Part shown: positions 26,088-40,561 of the stretch, piece after piece | Numbering within the stretch: the stretch's first letter is position 1 | Layout: every line of letters begins with the position of its first letter | Assembly (NCBI RefSeq): GCF_009914755.1 | Contig: NC_060948.1 | DNA: 64,000 bases | Reading direction: 5' to 3' (one strand) | Source of the DNA: the human T2T-CHM13v2.0 reference genome, Homo sapiens | Notes under the pieces: generated by a model | The model's input: the letters and a program-made list of their open reading frames with translations, nothing else | Told to the model about the DNA's origin: nothing | Databases searched by the model: none | Translations under genes and position numbers: made by a program

Positions 26088-27333
26088 TTTGAGACTAAAA
26101 CACAAACAGCAATAACAGCAAAAGTCAAAATTGACAATTGGGATCTAAACATATTAAAGAGTTTCTGCACTGCAAAAGAAACTATCATCAGGGTGAACAG
26201 GCAACCTACAGAATGGGAGAAAATTTTTGCAATCTATCCACCTTAAAAAGGTCTAATATCCAGAATCTACAAGGAACTTAAATTTACAAGAAAAAAACAC
26301 ACAGTGCCACCAAAAAGTAGGCAAAGGATATGAACAGATATTTCTCAAAAGGAGACATTTATGAAGCCAATGGCTATATGGAAAAAAGCTCTTAATAATT
26401 GATGATTAGAGAAAAACAAATCAAAACCACAATGAAATACCATCTTATTCCAGTTAGCATGGTGATTATTAAAAAGTCAGGAAGTAACAGATGCTGGGGA
26501 GGCTGTGGAGAAATAGAAACATACACTATTTGTGGTATTGTAAATTGGTTCAACCATTGTAGAAGGAAGTGTGGTGATTCTGAAAGGATCTAGAACCAGA
26601 AATACAATTTGATCCAGCCATCTCATTACTGGGTATATAACAAAAGAATTATAAACCATTCTATTATTAAGATACCTGCGCATGTATGTTTATTGCTGCA
26701 AGATTTACAATAGCAAAGACTTGGAACCAACCCAAATTCCCATCAATAATAGACTGGATAAAAAATATATCACATATACATCATGGTATACTAGGCAGTC
26801 ATAAAAAAGAATGACTTCATATCCTTTACAGGGACATAGATGAAGCTGGAAACCACATTTCTCAGCAAACTAACACAGGAATGGAAAAACAAACACTACC
26901 TCCTATCACCCATACGTGGGACTTGAACAATGAGAACACATGGACACAGGAAGGGGAACATTACACACTGGGGCCTGTCTGGGTGTGAGGGGCAAAGTGA
27001 GGGAGAGCATTAGAATAAATACCTAATGCATGTGGGGGTTTAAACCTAGGTGTTGGATTCATAGGTGCAGCAAACCACCATGGCACATGATTACCTATGT
27101 CACAAGCCTGCATATTGTTCAGATGTATCCCATAACTTAAAAGTAAAATAAATTTACAAATTAGAAAAAAAGAACTACTAAGCAATGACATCTCAAGAAG
27201 AGGAATATCAACAAACCAAAATAGGCTTCTGTCTATTGCATGTTCTAGTCCTGGTTTTTCTAACATAGTATTTTCATGTGCATCTCCTCTGCAGTTCTCT
27301 CTCTCTCAATTAAATCTCCATATGATGGCATAG

Positions 27334-28291
27334 TGAAGGGATGGCATGCCCCTCTGCCCCTGTGGGCATTTCTCTTCAGGTGGGATGAGAGATTGAGAAA
27401 AGAAAAAGACACAGAGACAAAGTATAGAAAAGAAAAGTGGGCCCAGGGGACCAGCACTCAGCATACGGAGGACCCCCACTGGCACTGGTCTCTGAGTTCC
27501 CTCAGTATTTATTGATCATTATCTCCACCATCTTTGAGAGGGGGATGTGGCAGGACAATAGGGTAATAGTGGGGAGATGGTCAGCAGGAAAACATGTGAA
27601 CAAAGTTCTCTGTGTCATAAACAAGTTTAAGGAAATGTGTTGTGCCTTGATGTGCACATATACAAACATCTCATTGCATTAAAGAGCAGTATTGCCACTA
27701 GCATATCTCACCTCCAGCCCTAAGGCAGTTTTCTCCTATCTCAGTAAATAGCATATACAATCAGGTTTTACACTGAGACATTCCATTGCCCAGGGATGAG
27801 CAGGAGACAGATGTCTTCCTCTTATCACAAATGCAAAGAGGCCTTCCTCTTTTACTAATCCTTCTCAGCACAGACCGTTTATGGGTGTCGGGATGGTCAG
27901 GTCTTTCCCTTCCCATGAGGCCATATCTAAGGCTATCACATGGGGAGAAGCTTTGGACAATACCTGCTTTTCCTAGGCAGAGGTCCCTGTGGCCTTCCGC
28001 AGTGTTTTGTGTCCCTGGGTACTTGAGACTAGAGAATGGTTATGAGTTTTAACAAGCATATTGCCTTCAAGCACTTTTTTACAAAGCACATCCTGCATGG
28101 CCCTAAATCCATTAAACCTAGAGTCAACACAGCACATGTCTCTGCGAGCACAGGGTTGGGGCTAGGGATACAGATTAACAGCATCTCAAGGCATAATAAT
28201 TTTCTTAATACAGAACTAAATGGAGTCTCTTATGTCTAATTCTTTCTATGTAGACACAGTAACAGTCTGAAATCTATCTCTTTTCCCTACA
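27334..28291 (-). mobile_element. HERV-K(HML-2) LTR5 (LTR5A/B-type) solo LTR
   Basis: ~958 bp. Minus strand starts TGTAGGGAAAAGAGATAG..CAGACTGTTACTGTGTCT and ends CCCTTCA. Near-TSD catag/cacag. Confidence 0.92.
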
Positions 28292-30352
28292 CACAGAGAT
28301 AACAATCTCTTGTTTTGGTATGTAAGAAAGAATTCATCCTTAAAAAAGAGCCCAAATGGGGGATGTCACCCCAAGATGCTATCACATCAGTAGTGTTAAA
28401 AAAAAACAACTATTTGGAAACCATTGCCTCTATAGTACATGTTTCTCTTTAGTGCCTGGAAAGGATTAAGTATAGAGAGGAGACACAAACAAAGTAAAGC
28501 CCTCTTCCTTTAAGGAATGGTTCTATATTGTAGTTTATGAGGGCTCCAGTTATTAGTCCAGGCCTTATAAGGTCACCATTCCTAAATCGAATGGGAGTAT
28601 TTTTAGCATGATGATATTTATACTTATTATAGTAGTCCACAGTACCATTTGGAAATTTACATGCTTTGTAGGAAAAATCATTTTGCCTAATAGATTATTA
28701 AAAGATCAGGGACATACTTTGTTCCAGCCAGTATATGAGACAACTCTCCTTACAGGAGCTACTTGTCCACACATCATCTGTTGATCCACAAATTTGCAGA
28801 TTATTGCCATTATCCAATATTATACAAGGGTCCAGGTGTTCATTTGTGCATAGGTTTGGGAAGGACCATGTGTGATTAAACACCTGTTTTGGTGTTATTA
28901 AACTGAGCAAATCATCCAGAGCAAACCCAGCAATCAGTCTTGTATAGATGGGCAATGGCTGATTCTGTAAGGGACAAAGAAGGTGAGGCATTGCTACATC
29001 TAACAGTGGATGTTAGTAAACTTGATAGTAACAAAATCTTCATGTTTATCTCATATGTGTGACTATTATTCTTGCTGTAAGAATCATAACTAAGCAAAAG
29101 ATTATGGCAAATGAGATTATTTATTCTATATTCTACTCAGAGGGTGCAACAGTACATAGTCTACTGCAAAGAACAGAGTTAGTACCACAATTCTTGCAAA
29201 TATGATGTAATTAAGTTCCAGTTAAAATCTTACTCACCAAGATATATATAATTTCTGTTGAATTTCATTTTGGAAATTATGAATGTAATTCCATGGATAA
29301 TTAAAACATTTTTGTTAAGTATACATCAAAGAGAAGTTCTAATATCTGATGGCAAATCTCAAGAGGAAAGGTGGGATTGAACTAAACAGGTAATTCTCTC
29401 TAAATATGTGCTTATTTTTTGTAATTTTCAGTTTGATATCCTTTACTTCTTCACTCTGATATCTGAGATGTTCTTGTAGCCTATTAGGTGTCACTCTTGC
29501 TGTGTTCCAGGCTTTGACTCAAGTGTATCCAAGAGTCAAAGTGACCCCAAAAGTTAAATCCCACAGCCTTCACCTCTGAGGGGGGTGGAGAGAAGGAGAG
29601 AAGGAGACTGTGACTTCCCTCCCAGCTGGGAACAAGGAGCCTTCACCAGTACCAAATCTCCTGAGTTGAACAAAGGTGGGCCTAGTTCTTGGGGTATAAT
29701 TTCTAATGGCTGTTTTAATTCCTACTGAAAGTGGGCTATGGAGGTTACATGTTTAACAAATTCAGATATATCCTGATCTAATATAAAATCATTAGTAAAG
29801 ATTGGTCATCTATACACCATTTCAAAAGGGCTCAACCTACACTTTGAAGGGGTGTTTCTCACCCACACTGAAGTTATAGGAAAGAGAGTAGCTGATGGGA
29901 GGTGAATTTCTTGAGACAACTACAGAGGTGGCTCTTAATTATATAATTTGCTTTCTCCACCCTCCCTGAAGACTGTAGTCTCCAAGCACAGTAAAGATGG
30001 TATTATACACTCATTGTTTTTGAGACCCACTGGGTAACTGCCACCTTAAATGAAAGGCCATTGTCACTTGGGAGATATTTCATGAGTCCAAAGGGAGGGG
30101 ATATTTCATTGACTAGTGCTTTTACTACCTAAGATGATTTTTCTGTTGAACATGAAAATGCCTCTACCCAGTTAATGAAGGTATCCACCCCACCAGGAGG
30201 TATTAAATCACCATTATACTTGGCACATAAGTAAAATTCATTTGCAAACCTTCTCCTGCATAAATTTCCACTCTTTGAGTTTGCAGATGGAGAAGCCATC
30301 TGTTGAGCAGATTGTTTTTGAGGCAGATCTTCTAAGCATTAACAACCTGTTT

Positions 30353-30648
30353 TTTTGTTGTTGCTGTTTGTTTCATACAGAGTCTCAATTTGTCACCCAG
30401 GATCCAGTGCAGTAGCACAATCTTGGCTCACTGCAACCTCCATGTCCTGAATTCAAGCGATTTTACTGCCTCAGCCATCCAAGCATCTGAGATCATATGT
30501 ATGCTACCAAGAGTGGCTAATTTTTGTATTTTTCATAGAGATGGGGTATCACCATGGTGACTAGGCTAATCTCAAACTCCTGGCCTCAAGAGATCCACCT
30601 GCCTCAGGGTCCCACAGTGCTTGGATTACAGGAGTGAGTCACCATAGC
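30353..30648 (-). mobile_element. Old Alu (AluSz/Jb-like)
   Basis: Alu dimer with TSD CAACCTGTTT at 30343-30352 and 30649-30658. Confidence 0.9.
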
Positions 30649-31127
30649 CAACCTGTTTGACAATTTTGGTAAGTTTTTACTTGAGAAGAGTCTCTGGGGT
30701 AATTGATGAATTTTATTATTTCCAAAGTGAAAACTTTGGTGAAGAATCTTAAAAATTTTTCTCCATTTGGAGGTTGATAAATAAAGTTTGCTATTCTCTG
30801 ATTGTAACCTCCTGAGGGGTGAAAGCCATGTCCTTGAAAGGTGGCATATTCTATCCTTACAGGGGAATACTGAGGCTTTATATTTTTATGGAGCCCTCCA
30901 AAATTACAGGGGCTTCAAGTGCAACTGAGACCTTGAGGTCTTCTTCCTGCTGACTTAGCTGTTTGGTCTGGTAACCTATTTCCTCCAGGTATTTCATTTA
31001 TTCCTCTTCTGATGTTCTTTGTAATGTATTATGTCACTTCCCATGGAAAGAACACTGAGGGAAATACTCTTATCTATTTCCCAATGGTATTCAATGAGAA
31101 ACTCATTAGCTGTCAGAAGTGTCGCTT

Positions 31128-34100
31128 TTTTAATTTTTATTTTCCTTTAAGTTCTGGAATACATTTGCAGAACGTGCAGGTTTGCTCCATAGGTATATGC
31201 ATGCCATGATGGTTTGCTGTACCTATCAACCCATCAACCAGGTTTTAAGCCCCACATGCAGCTATTTGTCCTGATGCTCTCTCTCCACTCTCCCCAGAAC
31301 AGGCCCTACTGTGTGTTGTTCCTCTTCGTGTGTCCATGTGTTCTCATTGTTCAACTCCTAGGTATGAATGCAAAGATGCAGTGTTTGGTTTTCTGTTCGT
31401 GCATTAGCTTACAGAGGATGATGGCTTCCGGATTGATCCATGTCCCTGCAAAGAACATAATCTCATTTTAATAGCTCCATATTATTCCATGGTGTATATG
31501 TACCACATTTTCTTTTTGCAGCCTATCATTTTTCAGTATCTGGATTGGTTCCAAGTCTTTGCTATTGTAAATAGTCCAGCAATAAATCTACATGTGTATG
31601 TATCTTTATAGTAGAATGATTTATATTGCTTTGGTTGTATACCCAGTAATGGCTTTGTTTGGTCAAATGGTATTTCTGGTTCTAGATCCCTGAAGAATCT
31701 CCACAGTGTCTTTCACAATGGCTGAACTAATTTACACTTTCACCAACAGTGTAAAAGTGTTTCTGTTTCTCCACAGTCTCACCAGCACCTGTTGCTTGAC
31801 TTTTTAGTAATCATCCTTCTTACTGGAGTGAGATGATATCTCATTGTGGTTTTGATTTTTGTTCCTCTAATCATCAGTGATGTTGAGCTTTTTTTCATGT
31901 TTGTTGGTTGCATAAATATCTTCTTTTGAGAATTTTCTGTTCATATCCTTTGCCCAATTTTTGATGGAGTTGTTTGATTATTTTATTGTAAATTTGGTTA
32001 AGTTCCTTGTAAATGCTGGATATTAGACCTTTGTCGGATGGATACATTCCAAACTTTTTTCCTATTGTGTAGATCACCTGTTCGTTCTGATAATTGTTTC
32101 TTTTCCTGTGAAGAAAGTCTTTAGTTTAATTAGATCCAATTTGTCAATTTTGGCTTTTTTTGCTATTGCTTTTGGTATTTTCATCAGGAAGTCTTTTCCA
32201 GTGCTTATTTCCTGAATGGTATTGCCTAGGTTTTCCTCTAGGGTTTTGGGTTTTTTCACTAAAGCCTTTAAGTCACCCTGAGTTAATTTTTGTGTAAGAT
32301 GTGAGGAAATGATCCATTTTCTGTTTTCTGCACATAGCTAACTAGTTTTCCCAGCACCATTTGTTAAATAGGGAATATTTTCCATTTTGATTGTTTTTGT
32401 TAGTTTTGTTGAAGATCAGATGGTGGTAGATGTGTGGTGTTATGTCTGTGGTGTCTGTTCTGCTTTATTGGTCTGTATGTCTGTTTTGGTACCAGTACCA
32501 ATGTTGTTTTGGTTACTTTAGCCTTTAGTATAGTTTGAAGTTAGGTAGCATGATGTCTTCAGCTTTGCTGTTTTTGTTTAGGATTATCTTGGCCATACAA
32601 AGTCTGTTTTTGTTCCATTTGAATTTTAAAGTTTTTTTTTCTGATTCTATAAAAAATGTCAATGGCAGTTTGATAAGAATAGCATTGAATCTATAAATTA
32701 CTTTGGGAAGTATAGCCATTTTTGTGATACGCATTCTTGCTATTCATAAGGATAAAATGATTTTCCTAAGTATTTTATTCTCTTTGTAGTAATTGTGAAT
32801 GGAAGTTCACTCCTGATTTGGCTCTCTGTTTGTGTATTTTGGGTGTATAGGCATGCTTGAGATTTTTGCACCTTGATTTTGTACTGCAAACTGAGACATT
32901 TTGACTTCATCTTTTCCTATCTGAATACTATTGATTTATTTCTCTTGCCTGATTGTCCTGACCAGAACTTCCAATATTATGTTGAATAGGAATGGTAAGA
33001 AAGGGCATCCTTGTCTTGTGTCAGTTTTCAAAGGGAATGCTTCCAGCTGTGCCCATTCAGTATGATATAAGCTATGGGATTGATTGCCATTAATATCTCT
33101 TTTTATTTTGAGATATGTTCCATCAATACCTAGTTCATTGAGAGTATTTAACATGAAGGAATTTTGAATTTTATCAAAGCTCTTTTCTGTGTCTATTGAG
33201 ATAATCATGTGGTTTTTGTCCTTGGTTCTATTTATATGATGGATTACATTTATTTATTTGAATACGTTGAACCAGCCTTACATCCCAGGAATGAAGCCAA
33301 CATGATCATGGTGGATACGTTTTGACTTATTCCTGCTGGATTTACTTTGCCAGTGTTGTACTGAGTATTTTCCCATCTATGTTCATCAGAAATACTGGTG
33401 TAAAGTTTTCCATTTTAGTTGCGTCTCTGTCAGATTTTGCTATCAAGATGATGCTGGCTTCATAAAATGAGTTAGGGAAGAGTGCCTCCTTTTCAATTGT
33501 TTGGAATAGTGACAGAAGGAATGGTACCAGCTCCTGTTTGTACCTTTGATATAATTTTACTGTAAATTCATCTGGCCCCCGGCTTTTTTTGGTTGGTAGG
33601 CTATTAATTACTGCCTCAATTTTAGAACTTGTTATTTGTCTATTCAGGGATTTGACTTGTTCTTGGTTTAACCTTGGGAGAATCTATGTGTTCAGGAATT
33701 TATCCATTTTTTCTAGAATTTCCAGCTTATTTGCATAGCAGTGTTTATAGTATTCTTAATGATAGTTTGTATTTATGTTGGGTCAGTGGTGATATCTCCT
33801 TTGTCATTTTTTATTATGTCTATTTGATTCTTATCTCTTGTTTATTAGTCTGTCTAGCAGTGTATCTATTACATTAATTTAAAAAAAAACAGATCCTGGA
33901 TTTTGAAGTTTTTATGTCCCTATCTTTGTCAGTTCTGCTATGATTATTGTTATATTTTGTCTTCTGCTAGCTTTTGAATTAGTTTGCTCTAGCTTCTCTA
34001 GTCCTTTAATTGTTATGTTAGGGTGTTGACTTGAGAGCTTTCTAACTTTTGGATGTGACCATTTAGTGTTATAAATTTTCCTCTTAACACTGTGTTAGTT

Positions 34101-37100
34101 GATTCCCAGAGATTCTGGCAAGTTGTCTTTATTCTTGTGGATTCAAGAGAACATTTTTATATCTGTTTTAGTTTTATTATTTACCCAGGAGGAATGACAG
34201 AGCAGGTTCTTACATACTTCTGTGGTTCTGTCTGAACTTCCTAATCCTGAGTTCTAAGTTGTCTGCTTTATGTTCTCAGAGAATGTTGTGTTTTCAGTTT
34301 TTTGCATTTGCTTAGAAGTGATTTACTACCAATTATGTGGTCAATCTTAAAATAAGTGTCATGTGTCACTGAGAAAAATGTATAATCTGTTGGTTTGAGG
34401 TAAGGAGTTTTGTAGGTATATCTTAGGTCCATTTAATCCAGAGTTGAGTTCAAGTACTGAATATCCATGTTAATTTTCTGTCTCATTGATGTGTGTAATA
34501 TTCACAGTACAATGTTAAAGTCTCCCACTATTATTTTGTGGGAGTCTCTCTCTTGGAAGGTCTCTAAGAACTTGTTTTATGAATCTGGATACTCCTGTGT
34601 TGGGTGCATATGTATTTAGGATAGTTAGCTCTTCTTGTTGCATTGATCCCTTTAACATTATGTAATGCCCTTCTCTGTCTTTTTAGATCTTTGTTGATTT
34701 AAAGTCTCTTTATTGGAGAGTAGGACTGCAACCCCTGCTTTTTCTTGCTTTTCATTTGCTTGGTAAATTTTCCTGCATTTCTTTATTTTCAGTTTGTTCA
34801 TGTCTTTTCAAGCGAGATGGGTCTCCTGAATATTGCACACTGATGGGTCTTGACTCTTTATCCAATTAGGCAGTCTGTGTCTTGTTATTGGGCCATTTAG
34901 GTTATTCACATTTAATGTTAATATTGTTATATGTGAATTTGAAATCTTTCATCGTGTTATCTTTGTATTTTGCACACTAGCTCATTCAGCTTCTTTATAG
35001 TGTCATTGGTGTTTCTATATTTGTGTGTTTTTCCAGTGAGTGGTATTGCTTTTTCCTTTTTTATAGTTAGTGCTACTTTCAGGATCTCTTGCAAGGCAGG
35101 CCTGATTAAATCCCTCATCATTTACTTTTCTGAACAAGATTTTAGTTCTCCTTCACTTATGAAGCTTAGTTTGGCCTGATATGAAAATCTGGGTTAATAA
35201 TTCTTTTCTTTATGGATGACGATTATTGGCCCCCACTCTCTTCTTGCTTGTAAGGTTTGTGCTGAGAGATTCACTGTTATTCTAATGGGCTTCCCTTTGT
35301 ATATGACCTGTTTTTTCTTTCCAGCTTCCCTTAATTTTATTTTTTTGTTTGTTTGTTTGTTTTTCCTTTCCTCCTTGGAGAACCTGATGCTTTTATGTCT
35401 TGGGGTTGATCTTCTCATGGAGTATTGTAGTGGTGTTCTCTGTATTTCCTGAATGTGAATGTTAGCCTGCCTTGCTAGATTTGGAAAGTTTTCCTGAATA
35501 ATAGCCTGAAGTGTGTTTTCTAACTTTGTTCCATTCTCCCTGTCTCTTTCATGTACTTCAATTATTTGTAGGTTAGGACTTTTTTAAATAGTCTCGTATT
35601 TCTCTGAGATTATATTTCTTCTCTTTTATTGTTTATTCTCTAATCTGGTCTGCTTGCCTTCTCTCTTTTTCTAGATCAATTGAGCTCTTGATACTTGGGA
35701 ATGCTTCATGAAGTTATCATGCCATGATTTTCAGCTCTATCAGGTCATTTATGTTTCTTTCTAAACTGGTTACTGTAGTTAGCCACTCCTTTAACCTTTT
35801 TTCGAGGTACATTGGGTTAGAACATGCCCTTTTACATAAGTAGAGTTTGTATTACCTGCCTACTAAAGCCTACTTTGTCATTTCATCCATCTCATCCTCT
35901 GTCCAGTTCTGCACCCTTTCTGAGAGATGTTGTGGTCATTTGAAGGAGAAGAGGTGCACTCTGGCTCTTTGGATTTTCAGTCTTTTTTCTGTTCATTTTT
36001 TTTTTCTAATATTTGTGAGTTGTCTTGTTTTAATCATTGAGACTGTTGATTCTTGTATGGGGTTCCAGTGGGGGCATTTTGATTTTGTTGATGTCATTGT
36101 TATTGCTTTCTGATTGTTAGTTTTTGTTTCTATAATCAGGACCCTCATCTGTAGTGCTGTTGTGGTTTGCTGGGGGGTTCACTTCAGACCTTACTTATCT
36201 GGTTTGCTCCTACACATGGAGATGTCTCTCAAGGAGTCTGGAGAACAGCAAAGATGGGTGCCTGCTTCTTTCTTTGGAATATATGACCTTGAGGGGCACC
36301 GAACTGATGCTAGTAGTAATGCTCCCATATAAGAAGTCTGATAATGCCTGTTGGAGGGTGACACTCAGCTGAGTGCCACATGGTGTGAGACCCATCTAAT
36401 GACGAACTTTGGCTGTCCCTAAGTGGAGGAGGTGTGCCATGCTGGGAGGAAACCCACTCATCTGGGCTACCAGAATTCCTCAGAACTAACAGGAGAAAAG
36501 ACTATGTCTGCTGGTTTGTGGAGACTATGGCCACCCCTCCTCATAAGGGCTTAGGCCCAGGGAAATCAGAGTTCTTTGAGCTACTGGCTGGAGTTGAAGT
36601 TCCTGCAGGAAGGCCCCATTCAATGAGAAGGAATCAGTCTAGGACTGTGGCTGCAGTCAGCCACAGCTGGTGTGTTGGCCTTTGTTGAATGCTTCTTGGA
36701 ACCAAGCTAGCCAGCCTCCCTGTCTCCATCAGGGGAAAAGTGTGGCCTAGAGTTATAGAGAAGGCTGCTACCCTTCCCCTGCCATGCAAGCTTAGTATGT
36801 TAGGCAGCTAGAATTCCCAGTGTTGGCTGCTGTGACTCTACCAAGGAACTCAGATGGCTTAAACAGCAGAGAGCCACAGTTGCAGTGATGGCCTCCCTCC
36901 CCCTGTGAACTTGGCAGGCTTAGCATACTCTAGCTGAATGACTGTTGAGAATCTGTATGACTCCACAGTTGGGACCCTAGGATTTTGTAGTGTGGGCTTA
37001 CGAGTAGGATCTTCTGATCCGTTGGTTGCACAGGTCCATGGAAAGAACATGGTTTCCCAGGCTGGTTCACATACTCACTCACTGTCTCCCTTTGCTGGGG

Positions 37101-37316
37101 AGTGGAGGTTCTCCTGCCCCATGTGGCTTTCAGATAGGCTGCTGCATCACAATGCTCTTTCTTATGCTCCATGGGTAATACCAGAGGCCTAGTAAGTCCT
37201 GATAACAGAAACGGGATACCTCAGTTCCCAGTGGAGGGTTTGAATGCTGTTGTGATTCTTTTTGATGGGAGCCTTTGATCACCACTGCTTCTAGTCAGCA
37301 ATCTTGGCCTCATCCC
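31128..37316 (-). mobile_element. Full-length-type older L1 (L1PA10/11-like) with internal deletions
   Basis: 5' end GGCCAAGATTGCTGACTAGAAGCAG, ORF1/ORF2 fragments, and 3'UTR. Degenerate TSD cagaagtgtc / cagaaagtgtc. Confidence 0.92.
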
Positions 37317-38385
37317 CAGAAAGTGTCTTTCTTCCAAATAGTGGCATAAGCATGAAGAACCAGGAAAGCATACTTAGAATCATTATATATGTTAATAGTC
37401 TTTCAGTTGCTTAGTTTAAGTGCCCTTATAGGAGCAATTAATTTAGCTAACTGAACACACATATCTGGAGAGAGAGAGGCATCCTTTCGATGATGTCATC
37501 TAAGGTGAATATTGCATATCCTGCCCTATGGGTTTCTTGTTCTACAAGAGAATTCTCATCTGTAAAGAGAGCCCAGGGTTGGTTTTCTAGAGGACTTTCC
37601 TTGAAGTTCTCTCTGGCTGCATAGATTTTCACCATTATTTGTTCATAATTATGTCCAGGATTTCTATGAGAATAAAATGGCTAGGTTCAGGCCCTAACAA
37701 ATCTTTAACTGAGCTACAGATCCTTCCAGAAGAAAAGCTTGACATTTGTGGAGACAAGTATCTGTTAACCACAGACTTTCTTTAGAGGATACCAGTCTTG
37801 CTACATTAAGAGGGTATGTGAAAAGTCAGGTCATTCCCATGGTCAATTTGGTGGCTTCCAGCACTATCAGAGCCATCATTGCAACCACTCAGAGGCAAGC
37901 TGGTAGTTTTTAGCTACAAAGTTGAGCTTTTCTCTCAGTTAACTGACTAGCTGATGCACTGAAACTTGGCCCTGAGTTAAAACTCCCAAGATTATCTCCT
38001 TTCTTTTGAGATATAAGGATTAAGGGGATTCTCTGTGAAAAGACTGAAGGGTGAGTGCCTTAAGAAGGGCTTGCTTTAGCAGAAGAAAGGTCTTTTAAAC
38101 ATCAGGTTTCCAAAAAAAAAAAAAAGTTTTAGCTGCTTGAATTTTTTTTATAAGGCATTATAAAGGGTGAGCTATTTTACTGTACCCAGTTATCCAGAAT
38201 ATGCAAATACCTGTAATGCCCCCAAATTTTCCTAGCTGTTTGAAGTTTGGGGAAGGGAAAAGGAGAAAATAGGCTTAATCCTCTCTTTACCAGGTTCTGG
38301 TCCCTTCTGACAAGACTAGGCCTAGATATCTTACTAAAGTTTGACAGACCTGAGCTTTAGATTTAGAAATTTTATTTTACTGTAC

Positions 38386-40561
38386 TTTTATTGGCAAAGC
38401 CCAAGTTAGAGAGTAAAATCAGAAAAAATAGTTAATGGGCCTAGAGATATATCCCAATGCCCATTTTCAGCAAGAAACTGGCAGAATAATCACACATCCT
38501 GGGTGCTGGAGCCAGTTACAAGTCACTGTCTTTTCTATGGGCATTGCTTAGTGAGAAGAGTCATATTACCTAGTTTCTGGGTAAAAAGTTCTGTCACAAT
38601 CTCCCTTACAGGGAAGCCCAGGTAGCAGAAGAGTGTCACATGAAATAGTTGATGGGATCAGATACATGTCTCAATGCTACCTGTGGGCAGGGATATTGCA
38701 AAAGAATTACATCACCTGTGTGTTCAGCCAGGGGATAAGTAGCCCTTTTTTCTATAGGCACAGTCCAGGCAGGACAGGAGAGTTACCTAGGTCTTGGGTC
38801 CAGAGTTTTATTCTATAGGGAAACCCCAGTTAAGAGAGACACACCACATAGTCGCTGGACATAGAGATATGTCACAATGACCTCTGTAGAAGAGAGAGAG
38901 GAGACTCATATTACACTGATTCTGGCTTCAAAAATATATCACAATGCCTTCTGATGAAAAGGACAATGCAAACATTTAACATCACCTTAGTGTTGGGACT
39001 AGCAGTATGTCACAATCTGTCCTTCAGGCAGAACCTATAAATAAGTGGAGAGTCACATCAGCCAATTGATGGGCACAGAGATAGATCACAATGCCTTTTA
39101 TGAGCAGGTGTGAGGCAGGAAAAGAGAATCACATCGCCTAAATAATGAGTGCAGCGATATCTTACAATGCTTCCAGTAGTCAGGGACCAGGCAGGAGAGT
39201 TACATAACTCTAGTGTTATGTAACAATTGCCCATATGGGTAGAACATAAGTAGAAGGGTTACAACATCTGGTTATATGGCCCAGCAATGCTTCACAACAC
39301 CAACAAAGGACAGAAGACTCACATTACCTGGGTGCAAGGCTCAGCAATATGTCAAAGTGCTCCCTGTACATTAAGCCAAAACTTAAGAAAAAGTCACCTT
39401 GTGATGTGTTCAGCAATATGTCATAGTCTCATCAGTGAACTCAGCTCTGGCAGGAGAGTCAAATTACTCAGGTGCTGGGCAAAAGTGTATGTCACAATCA
39501 CACCTTCAGGAAGGTCCAGGGATGAGATTAAAAATCCAGCACATGTCCCAGTTCTAGTAAACACATGTCCCAGTTCTAAAAATCCAGCATATGTCCCAGC
39601 CTCCCGTATGCTGGGTCTAAGTACCTGAGTCAAAATCTTAATGGTGGACTGGATAACTACATTAGAGCCCTTAATGGTGGACTGGACTCTCCCTAGAGAA
39701 CTGTGCCATTTTAATGAAGACAGACTAACAGATGTGCTGAATCTTGATCTGAGAGTCACCAACCCACCCCTGTGAGAGATTCACATATAGGAGTCAATTT
39801 TCAGACTTTCTACTGCTTCTGGGAATGAGATTCAGAACTTCAACAGTGGGTTGTGTATTCATGAGAGGATAACTATCTTTTATGCATGAAATGACTGCCA
39901 CAATCTCACTTTCTGGACACATTGGAAAACTCTTTACAATCCAAGGATGTAATGTGGTATGCCTGAGAATCACAATTTGCTCTGAGACCTTTGTGTTGGT
40001 TTGGACCCATGATTCTCCATGTGGCTGTAAGCCCAGGCATGACAGTCAACATCTTTCAAATTGGCTGGGTTAAGATTATAGAATCCTCACTGGACTGAGC
40101 TGGGTTTAGAAATGAGACACTATTTCAACCGTGGCTGGATGTTTATATGTGTTGGTGAAAATTCAAGCTGCATTCACCTGTGAGACTCAGAGCTTCACTA
40201 GTGGGCCCTGCAGTGTGTGAATGTAACTATTCTAATGGTTGGTGGGGTGTTCAAAAGAAAAACATAATTTCTGTAACATCTTATGGCTTAATGTGATATT
40301 AAGCATATATCATATTGTAGTAAAAAATGGTAATGCTCTATAACCTCCATGCAAATAGGAAACCTAGAATCTTACTTATTTCCTTAAGCCCAGTTATGAG
40401 ACAGTATCTCTCCTACTGGCTGTTCGGAGGGATGGGAGTCATCATTACATTTGTGAGCTGCACAGAGGTATATGTCACAATTCACCTCTGTGTTTGGAGG
40501 GAATTGTCGTGACAGTCACATCACCTGGGCACCGAACCACAGATATGTAAAAATCTTCCCT
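38386..40561 (+). repeat. Diverged beta satellite block with variant cassette (~39480-40500)
   Basis: Repeated ATATGTCACAAT / GAGTCACATCACCT units. Confidence 0.9.

Larger units (their letters stand above)
14958..27170 (+). mobile_element. L1PA8-type LINE-1 (from mid-ORF1 to poly(A)), split by an HML-5 provirus at 18367-26087
   Basis: ORF1 peptide KVEMKEKMLRAAREK, ORF2 EN/RT fragments and an L1PA8-like 3'UTR. The L1 sequence ggcaaagacttt..|..actaaaacac resumes after the provirus. Confidence 0.93.
27171..38385 (-). mobile_element. ERV1 pol-env internal segment (HUERS-P/MER52-like), interrupted by LTR5, Alu and L1; no LTRs visible
   Basis: RNaseH-like WALFTDENSLVEQETHRAGYA (37447..37635), integrase VDTFINWVEAF (~30160-30190), and env SU ...TDCWVCS (28912..29097). 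Confidence 0.8.
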
